Shown here: piece by piece, positions 37,736 through 44,708 of the stretch
How the letters are laid out: every line of letters begins with the position of its first letter
How positions within the stretch are numbered: the first letter of the stretch is position 1
Assembly (NCBI GenBank): GCA_022601195.1
Contig: JAHZIX010000041.1
Span: 102,668-166,667 of the forward strand
Reading direction: 5' to 3'
Length of the DNA stretch: 64,000 nucleotides
Source: Deltaproteobacteria bacterium
GTDB taxonomy: Bacteria > Acidobacteriota > Thermoanaerobaculia > Multivoradales > JAHZIX01
Notes under the pieces: model-generated
Database searches by the model: none
Seen by the model: only the letters and a program-made list of their open reading frames with translations
What the model was told of the DNA's origin: nothing
Program-made: the position numbers and the translations under genes

Positions 37736-38467
37736 ATGACGGCCGAGATCAAATGGGTATTCCTTTACAGCCTGCTGACGGCTCTCGCCACAGGCCTGGG
37801 AGCCCTTCCCTTCGCCTTCCTGCGCCAGGTATCAACGCGGGGTCTGGCTCTTGCAGAGTCCCTTGCAGCAGGCCTGATGCTCGGCGCCTCATTCAGCCTG
37901 ATCGCCGAAGGCTCCCACTATGGGCTCACCCAAACTCTGACCGGCGGGGCCTTCGGTGGACTCCTGCTACTCGCAGGAAAAAGGCTGCTGGATGGACACG
38001 ACATTCAATTCGGCGAGATCCGAGGAGCCGGCGCCCGACGAATCTTACTCATCCTCGCCATCATGACTCTGCACTCTTTTTCCGAAGGGATCGCCGTTGG
38101 CGTCTCCTTCGGAGGTGGACAGAAATTGGCAACTCTGATCACTCTTGCCATCGCTGTCCACAACATACCGGAAGGCCTGGCGATCAGCGCAGTGCTGCGG
38201 CCCCAGGGAGCGAGCCTCCTGGCTTGCGCCGGCTGGAGCATCTTCTCGTCGCTGCCTCAACCTCTGATGGCAGTTCCAGCATTTCTCTTCGTCGAGACCT
38301 TCCAACCCGTATTGCCCTATGGACTGGGGTTCGCTGCCGGAGCCATGGTCCTCATGGTCTTCTTAGAGCTTCTACCAGAGGCCTATGAGAAGGCAGATTC
38401 TGAAAACGTAGCGCTCTGGACCACCCTTGCCCTGGTCGCTATGGTTCTTTTTCAAACCTACCTTTGA
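37736..38467 (+). CDS. ZIP family metal transporter (second, tandem paralogue)
   Basis: ZIP signature AVHNIPEGLAISAVL and a His-containing loop. 243 aa. Confidence 0.8.
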   Translation: MTAEIKWVFLYSLLTALATGLGALPFAFLRQVSTRGLALAESLAAGLMLGASFSLIAEGSHYGLTQTLTGGAFGGLLLLAGKRLLDGHDIQFGEIRGAGARRILLILAIMTLHSFSEGIAVGVSFGGGQKLATLITLAIAVHNIPEGLAISAVLRPQGASLLACAGWSIFSSLPQPLMAVPAFLFVETFQPVLPYGLGFAAGAMVLMVFLELLPEAYEKADSENVALWTTLALVAMVLFQTYL

Positions 38468-38581
38468 AGGCTCTTGAACCGGCAGGATGGATTGGACCTC
38501 CGGGGGAGACATAGGGTAGTGTCTACGGGCCTATTTTTCTCAGCCTCTAGTCAAATTCTCTCCTCGATTGGGAGGTCCGCT

Positions 38582-39076
38582 ATGCATCAGCAACAGCCGT
38601 TGGGGAATATCGCCCTGGCGCAACAGGGCGTCGAACTCTGCCGCCGAGAGAAATGGGAGCGGGGCATGGGAGCCCTGATGACGGTCGCCGACCGCAAGCA
38701 AGACCACGACATTCTCCCGGGTCTGTATTACTCCTACCTCGGCTATTGCCTGGCTCGTTTCGAGAAGCGCTTGGACGAGGGTCTGGAACTCTGCCGCCAC
38801 GGGGTAAAGATTCAGCTCCACGAGGTGGAAAACCTCTACAACTTGGCGCGCACCTGCATGCTCGCCGGGGACCGACAAGGGGCCGTCAAAGCCCTCGAGG
38901 AAGGGTTGTTTCTCAACCCGGACTTCGGCCCGCTGATTCACCTCAGGAAAGAGATGGGCTTGCGCCGGGACCCGGTCCTTCGGATATTGTCTCGCTCCAA
39001 CCCCCTCAACCAAATCTTGGGCCGCATACGGAGCAGTTGGGCCAAGCAGCGCCTATCCCGCGAGATCAAAAAATGA
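38582..39076 (+). CDS. TPR-like hypothetical protein
   Basis: Start placed at ATG 38582 with GGAGG 8 nt upstream; the ORF-track TTG at 38474 is less likely. Helical repeat protein (YYSYLGYCLARFEKRLDEGLELCRHGVKIQL...NLARTCMLAGDRQGAVKALEEGL). Stop overlaps the next start (ATGA). Confidence 0.5.
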   Translation: MHQQQPLGNIALAQQGVELCRREKWERGMGALMTVADRKQDHDILPGLYYSYLGYCLARFEKRLDEGLELCRHGVKIQLHEVENLYNLARTCMLAGDRQGAVKALEEGLFLNPDFGPLIHLRKEMGLRRDPVLRILSRSNPLNQILGRIRSSWAKQRLSREIKK

Positions 39077-41271
39077 CCATCAAAGTTTCTTCCGATTCAC
39101 CTGGAACCCGGACGACCCGCTCATCTCTCCGCTCATTCCTCAGCGTCGGAACGACCTGGGGCCAAGGACTCCTGCTGATCCTCTTAGGGGGACTCGCCAT
39201 GCCAACTCTCGTTGCTACCGCCGACCCGAAAGATCCAGCTAGCGAGCCGGCCATAGAAGCAGCCCGCACAGCCCTGCTGGGTAAATTCGGAGACTCGGAG
39301 ACCGACCGCATCGACCGAGGTATCTCCCAGGTCACGAGCTATTGGCGCTCCGAGGATGGCTCCGCCGAAGCTCTCTCCCAATTTCTCCAAGAAGAATTCC
39401 TGCCGCGAGGCGAAGAGCTCGACCAAACCTTCGACCGCCTCGAGTTCATGTGGGAGCGAGCCGGTGGATACTTCACATCCCTCAACCGAGACTTGCGACG
39501 CGGCGCGGATCTGGAAATCGGACCGTTCCTGGCCATCGATCGACGGCTAGCGGGCTACGACCCAAGCGCTCACCTCAAAGCGGATCTTTTCGCCAACAAG
39601 ACCGCTTTCGTAGCTCTTCTCAACTTCCCCGCCACTCGACTTGAAGATCGGCTGCAGGGTGGTACCCAGTGGTCTCGGCGCCAATGGGCCGAAGCTCGCC
39701 TGACGGATCGATTCCTGCCTCGCGTGCCCGCTGAGGTCGAGCAAGAGGTGGCCCTGGCCTCGGCCACCGCAGACTCCTACATCAATGCCTACAACATCTA
39801 CATGCACCATCTCTTGACGGAAGATGGCCGTCGCCCGTTTCCCAAAGGCCTGAGGCTGATCAGTCATTGGGGACTGAGAGACGAGCTCAAAGCCCATTAT
39901 GCTGGCACCGACAGGGACACCGGACTAGAAAAGCAGCAAATGATCCAGAAGGTCATGGACCACATCGTCCGCCAGGAAATTCCCGCGGCGGTGGTCAACA
40001 ATCCCCTCCTCGACTGGAGCCCGACCAGCAATCGGGTCGAGGTCTCCACCGTCAAAGATGCTGAAGCCCCAGCAGGTTCCTCGGCCACACCATCCGCAGC
40101 GAGAGAAGACGATGAGCGCTATCGGCAGTGGCTGGAGGTCTTTCGTGCCCAGAGAAAAGCCGACCCCCACCATCCCCTCAACCCCTCTCACATCGAACGG
40201 CGCTTCAATGTCGACCGGGAGATTCCCGAGGACCGGGTTCGGGGCCTCTTCGAGGCGCTACTGACGTCGCCCCTCGCCGAGCCCGTCGGCCAACTCGTCT
40301 CCCAGCGCCTGGGCCGACCGCTGGAGCCCTTCGACATTTGGTACGTCGGCTTCAAACCGAGAGGTCAGCACGACGAATCATCCCTCGATGCCCTGACCCA
40401 AGACCGCTACCCCAAGGTCGAAGCCTTCTCAGCGGATCTTCCCCGAATATTGACCGACTTGGGTTTCTCGGTGGAGCGCGCCCAATTCCTCACCCGCCAC
40501 ATCGAAGTGGAACCGTCCCGGGGAGCTGGACATGCCTTTGGCGCCAGTCGGCGTGATGACAAAGCCCATTTGCGCACCCGCATCGGTGAAAACGGCATGG
40601 ACTACAAGGGCTACAACATCGCCGTTCATGAGCTGGGCCACAACGTCGAGCAGGTTTTCTCGGTCACCACCATCGACCACACCCTCTTGCAGGGAGTCCC
40701 CAACACAGCCTTCACCGAGGCCCTGGCCTTCGTCTTCCAGAACCGGGACCTCGAGCTCCTCGGCCTCCATAGCGCCGGCCCGGAAGCGGCTCACTTAAAA
40801 GCCCTCAACGACTTCTGGGCAACCCGGGAGATCGCCGGGGTGGGCCTGGTCGACATGAATGTCTGGAGCTGGCTCTACCAACACCCGGAGGCTTCCCCGG
40901 CACAGCTACGAGCCGCCGTGGTGACCATTGCCCAGGATGTTTGGAATCGCTACTTCGCCAAAACCTTCGGCAAGCGTGACCAAACTCTGTTGGCCATCTA
41001 CTCCCATATGATCGATGGCGCCATGTACACCCCGGACTATCCTTTGGGGCACCTCATCGCCTTTCAGATCGAAAGATACTTCGAGAACCCCCAGGTGGAT
41101 TTCGGCAAAGAATTCGAGCGCATTTGCCAGCTGGGGCAGCTGACTCCCGAAGCCTGGATGCGCCAAGCCGTAGGGGCCCCCCTCTCAGCCGAGCCACTAC
41201 TCGAGGCAGCAGCAGAAGCCTTGGAGGCCTTGGGGGAAGCAGACGAGTCTCCCAACCGGGATATCAGGTAG
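39073..41271 (+). CDS. secreted HExxH (gluzincin-like) putative metallopeptidase, family unassigned
   Basis: Start at ATG 39073 (MTIKVSS...; signal peptide LLLILLGGLAMPTLVATA). The ORF-track start at 38653 adds a low-complexity extension in a region used by the previous gene. Contains NIAVHELGHNVEQ with a downstream Glu (TEALAFVF). ~732 aa. Confidence 0.7.
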   Translation: MTIKVSSDSPGTRTTRSSLRSFLSVGTTWGQGLLLILLGGLAMPTLVATADPKDPASEPAIEAARTALLGKFGDSETDRIDRGISQVTSYWRSEDGSAEALSQFLQEEFLPRGEELDQTFDRLEFMWERAGGYFTSLNRDLRRGADLEIGPFLAIDRRLAGYDPSAHLKADLFANKTAFVALLNFPATRLEDRLQGGTQWSRRQWAEARLTDRFLPRVPAEVEQEVALASATADSYINAYNIYMHHLLTEDGRRPFPKGLRLISHWGLRDELKAHYAGTDRDTGLEKQQMIQKVMDHIVRQEIPAAVVNNPLLDWSPTSNRVEVSTVKDAEAPAGSSATPSAAREDDERYRQWLEVFRAQRKADPHHPLNPSHIERRFNVDREIPEDRVRGLFEALLTSPLAEPVGQLVSQRLGRPLEPFDIWYVGFKPRGQHDESSLDALTQDRYPKVEAFSADLPRILTDLGFSVERAQFLTRHIEVEPSRGAGHAFGASRRDDKAHLRTRIGENGMDYKGYNIAVHELGHNVEQVFSVTTIDHTLLQGVPNTAFTEALAFVFQNRDLELLGLHSAGPEAAHLKALNDFWATREIAGVGLVDMNVWSWLYQHPEASPAQLRAAVVTIAQDVWNRYFAKTFGKRDQTLLAIYSHMIDGAMYTPDYPLGHLIAFQIERYFENPQVDFGKEFERICQLGQLTPEAWMRQAVGAPLSAEPLLEAAAEALEALGEADESPNRDIR

Positions 41272-41674
41272 CCCCCGCCCCCACAGCAGCTATGCCAAAT
41301 AGCTCCCGCACGGATCCCTGCATCAATACGATGATGGTGATGACGCCGAGGATCGTCCCAAAGGGCATCAGGATGCAGGAGACACCCGCTATCACCAGAC
41401 AGAAGGTGTAGCTCTCCTGTCGCGCCAACTTCTTCCCTGCCACGGCCAGACAAGAGGCCAAGGCCAGGCCAACGGCGATGAAGAGGGCGGCAAATGTCAC
41501 GATGAACCAACCGAACAGCCGCGAACCCTCGTCCGCGCCATCCAGGTGCCCCGTAGCCATGGCGAGCCCAAACGTCAGGTAAAACAGGGGAAGAAGCGAG
41601 CCCACGGCGGTGAAGGCCGCCAGCACATAGTAGAAAATTGACAGCAAACGCAGATGCTCGAGATCTTGGTTCAT
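41264..41674 (-). CDS. small integral membrane protein (4 TM), hypothetical
   Basis: Start taken at MNQDLEHLRLLSIFYYVLAAF. Four hydrophobic helices. Convergent with, and overlapping the 3' end of, the HExxH protein gene by 8 nt. Confidence 0.5.
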   Translation of the reverse strand: MNQDLEHLRLLSIFYYVLAAFTAVGSLLPLFYLTFGLAMATGHLDGADEGSRLFGWFIVTFAALFIAVGLALASCLAVAGKKLARQESYTFCLVIAGVSCILMPFGTILGVITIIVLMQGSVRELFGIAAVGAGAT

Positions 41675-42207
41675 GAGTCCACTCCTCTCAGATCGAACAG
41701 AACCTCCTGTCCACAACTACCCGAGGTAGGACCTCCAGGTTTCAAGTGGCCTCCGAGTACCCGTGGTCCCCTCCTGCCGGTCTGCTGCTCCTTCCTGGCT
41801 GCCACCGCTCTCCGGCGACCTCTTAGGCGGTTCCCGTGATCTTCAGCTCCCGGTTCCGCTGCTGGAACCCGCCCTGGCTCCCAGCAACGACGTAGGCTAC
41901 GGCCCACAGAAGAGTGCCGAACACCAGGTAGAAGAGCGTGTCCTTGGCCCGCGAGAGAGCCACCGGGGGAAAGAGCATCGCCAGGAAGGGCCCGGCGAGC
42001 CTTACGGGAAAGAGAAAGCTTACCTCTGTGAGGCCTAGCTACTCTCCTCGAAGAAATTTAGTTTCCACGGCCAGCCAGGCTCAGGCTCCAGGAGAAGAGA
42101 AACGCCAGGCCGAAGTAGCCGCCAGGGGTGGCGTCCAAGAAACGCTCTGGCCTTCAAGACCGTCCTTCCTCTTGGAGCCTAAGTGTCCATCAAATGACCT
42201 ACGCCGC

Positions 42208-42414
42208 CTATCTGTCACCACCCCCGAACCACCCGAAGGCGAGACTGCTAAGGTAGAGCAGAACCCCAGCTCCGATCAACACTCCTCCACCGAGAATAAA
42301 GGCAACAAAAGCCAGGGGATGGTTCCCGAAGAGAGTCAGGGCCTCCACCAATAGGCCGGCGACAATGCAGACGGCAGCGGCGAGTAGAGGCTTGTGGGGA
42401 TGGGGCAACTTCAT
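42208..42414 (-). CDS. small 2-TM membrane protein, translationally coupled to the cymA-like gene
   Basis: Start ATG at 42414 overlaps the cymA-like stop (ATGA). Encodes MKLPHPHKPLLAAAVCIVAGLLVEALTLFGNHPLAFVAFILGGGVLIGAGVLLYLSSLAFGWFGGGDR. Confidence 0.45.
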   Translation of the reverse strand: MKLPHPHKPLLAAAVCIVAGLLVEALTLFGNHPLAFVAFILGGGVLIGAGVLLYLSSLAFGWFGGGDR

Positions 42415-43019
42415 GACGACCCTTCCAGAGACCACTTCTCGAGGCCGTCCAGCTCCTCTACCGCGTGCACGAACTCGTGACATTCCAGGCAGGAGGTCTC
42501 GTCGGTGGTGAGCTCCGCCCTAATGTCGGCATGGAACTCCGCTTCCTCGAAGGACCTGGCGCCGCCGTGGCAATGCAGGCACTCGCGGTTGCGATACGGC
42601 TCATAGAGCTCGATGGGCTCCCCTGGGGTACCGAAGTAGTTGACCCATAGGTGCTTGACTCCCGCCACCTTGGCCTGCAGGTCACCATACATGGTGTAGT
42701 GGGTATGACAGGTGAAACAGGCGTGTTCCCGCGACACCAGGCTGTTCTGAAAGTGCACCGCCGGCAGATACTCCCGTTCTTCCAGCTGGAGACTTTCCCC
42801 ATAGGGTTCCATGACATGGCAGGAAAGGCAGAACTCCGTGGTCTTGGATTTCTCCAGGTGGAGGTTGGCTCCGAAGGCCAGTGCCAACACCGGCAGCAAA
42901 AAGAGGGCCAAGAAGGTCAGGATCCGACCGCGAGTTCCTGCCACCAGGGAGGGACGCCAGACCAGCGCGGCCGCTAGCACAACCGAAAGGGTGATGAGGG
43001 ATAGCAGGACCGGTGTCAT
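42411..43019 (-). CDS. NapC/NirT (CymA-like) membrane-anchored tetrahaem cytochrome c quinol dehydrogenase
   Basis: N-terminal TM helix, then four CxxCH motifs (CLSCH, CFTCH, CLHCH, CLECH) with NapC/NirT-like spacing. 202 aa. Start overlaps the upstream cytochrome stop (ATGA). Confidence 0.85.
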   Translation of the reverse strand: MTPVLLSLITLSVVLAAALVWRPSLVAGTRGRILTFLALFLLPVLALAFGANLHLEKSKTTEFCLSCHVMEPYGESLQLEEREYLPAVHFQNSLVSREHACFTCHTHYTMYGDLQAKVAGVKHLWVNYFGTPGEPIELYEPYRNRECLHCHGGARSFEEAEFHADIRAELTTDETSCLECHEFVHAVEELDGLEKWSLEGSS

Positions 43020-43426
43020 GGCTCCGGCACCAGACCGACAAGCCAGTCTACGATTGCCTGGAGCTCTTCATCAGTGCCCTTGAACTCCTTCTTGTGCTCT
43101 TTGTCTTCTAGGGTCTCCTCTCGCCTCAGAAAGGCTGCCAACCAATTCCCTCCTCGCTCTGCTCCAACGGTGCTGAGATCGGGGCCTCGCAACTTCGCAG
43201 ACTTTGCCTTGGCCTCCACCTCCGCCACATCCACCGAGTGGCAGAGTTGGCACTTCAATGCCAGAAAAACCTCTTTGCCATCGCCAGTAGGATCCTCGAC
43301 TCCTTCGTCAACCACAACAGCGAGTACTTTGCTCGCACCGAGGTTCAGAAAAAGCGAGAAACAAAGGAATGCCGTGACAGCGAACCCTTTTGAGGATGCA
43401 GCAAAAAGTCTCTCGACCGCTCTCAT
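43016..43426 (-). CDS. monohaem class-I c-type cytochrome (MtoD-like), periplasmic
   Basis: Start ATG 43426 preceded by GGAGAAGGAGG. Signal peptide MRAVERLFAASSKGFAVTAFLCFSLFLNLGASKVLA. Single CQLCH haem motif. Confidence 0.75.
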   Translation of the reverse strand: MRAVERLFAASSKGFAVTAFLCFSLFLNLGASKVLAVVVDEGVEDPTGDGKEVFLALKCQLCHSVDVAEVEAKAKSAKLRGPDLSTVGAERGGNWLAAFLRREETLEDKEHKKEFKGTDEELQAIVDWLVGLVPEP

Positions 43427-43730
43427 CGCGAGCCTCCTTCTCCAGCTGATCGTAGACACCAATCTGTATTGCTGACAGTAGCCGCCGACTTCCATCTCAA
43501 CCACACCCCAGGGACTAGGCGATCCCCCTACTTATGGGTAGGCATGAGCCTGCCCCAGGAAAACCTCGGGCCACCCCAGGGACTGTTCTCTCCACGGCCA
43601 AGGAGCGATAGAAATGGGCCAAGACATCAGAAACCTCCGTTTCCGCATCAACGAATGCTGGACCGCTTCCCCGGGTACCCGAGGTTTGGCCCGCCAAGCC
43701 GAGCAAGCGATAGAGAGCAAGAGGTGACAC

Positions 43731-44696
43731 ATGGGATGGAATCTACGTCGATCTTTGGCCGCCTTGGGCATGAGTGTCCTCGTCGTGGCAGGACTGCCAT
43801 GGCTCGGCCCGGGTAGTCCTAGCTGGGCAGATGAGAAGCCGCAAGAGGTAATTCCGGGAGAGGAAGCTACCGCTGAGGCCGCTGGCTACGTGGGCTCAGA
43901 TTTCTGCGCCAGCTGTCATGAGGGCTACGAAGAAAAGCTTGCTGAGACTCCCCACGGAAGGTCCGGATTCGGCGCCCTTTCCAGCCGCGGCTGCGAAAGC
44001 TGCCACGGTCCCGGCAGCCTGCATGTCGAAGATCCGGAAATCGTCACCAACCAGCCTCGCCTCTACGCTCTCCCAGCGAAAGAACAGAACGCGGTTTGCC
44101 AAACCTGCCACGAGGGCTCCAATCGATTCTTCTGGCAAGGAGGGCGTCACGAAACTCGCGGCCTGTCCTGCCTCAGCTGCCACAGCGTTCACTCCTACGA
44201 GGTAGAGAAGGGGCAGCTCAACGCCGTGAATGAAACGGAACAATGCTTCACCTGTCACCAGGATGTTCGGGCAGAAACCTGGAAGACTTCCCACCACCCC
44301 ATCCGCGAGGGAAAGATGTCGTGCAGTGACTGCCACAACCCCCACGGCAGTCAATCGGACAAGATGATCACCGCCGCTTCCGTGAACGAACAATGCTATA
44401 GCTGTCATGCAGAGAAACGAGGGCCCTTCCTTTGGGACCATCCACCGGTCCGCGAGAACTGCGCCAGTTGTCACACTCCTCACGGCTCGAACCATCTCAA
44501 GCTGCAGAAAACCTCGGTGCCCTATCTATGTCAACAATGCCATTCCAACACCCGGCACCCGGGGACGCTCTATGACCGCTCAACCCTGGCGGACGGCACT
44601 CGACCGAGCAACCGTGACTTCAGCCGCGCCTGCCTAAACTGCCACGGAGCGATTCATGGCAGCAACCATCCCTCCAGCCCCTACTTGGCTCATTAG
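43731..44696 (+). CDS. periplasmic decahaem c-type cytochrome, MtrA/MtoA/PioA (DmsE) family
   Basis: 321 aa with signal peptide. Ten CxxCH motifs (CASCH, CESCH, CQTCH, CLSCH, CFTCH, CSDCH, CYSCH, CASCH, CQQCH, CLNCH). Size and haem count match MtrA/MtoA. Confidence 0.9.
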   Translation: MGWNLRRSLAALGMSVLVVAGLPWLGPGSPSWADEKPQEVIPGEEATAEAAGYVGSDFCASCHEGYEEKLAETPHGRSGFGALSSRGCESCHGPGSLHVEDPEIVTNQPRLYALPAKEQNAVCQTCHEGSNRFFWQGGRHETRGLSCLSCHSVHSYEVEKGQLNAVNETEQCFTCHQDVRAETWKTSHHPIREGKMSCSDCHNPHGSQSDKMITAASVNEQCYSCHAEKRGPFLWDHPPVRENCASCHTPHGSNHLKLQKTSVPYLCQQCHSNTRHPGTLYDRSTLADGTRPSNRDFSRACLNCHGAIHGSNHPSSPYLAH

Positions 44697-44708
44697 GAGG
44701 ACCAGACC

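Noticed and set aside
38653-39072. N-terminal 140-aa extension of the 872-aa ORF
   Set aside because: Arg/Pro/Gly-rich out-of-frame read of the upstream TPR gene. The downstream ATG at 39073 gives a proper signal peptide and an ATGA coupling overlap, so the gene is called from 39073.
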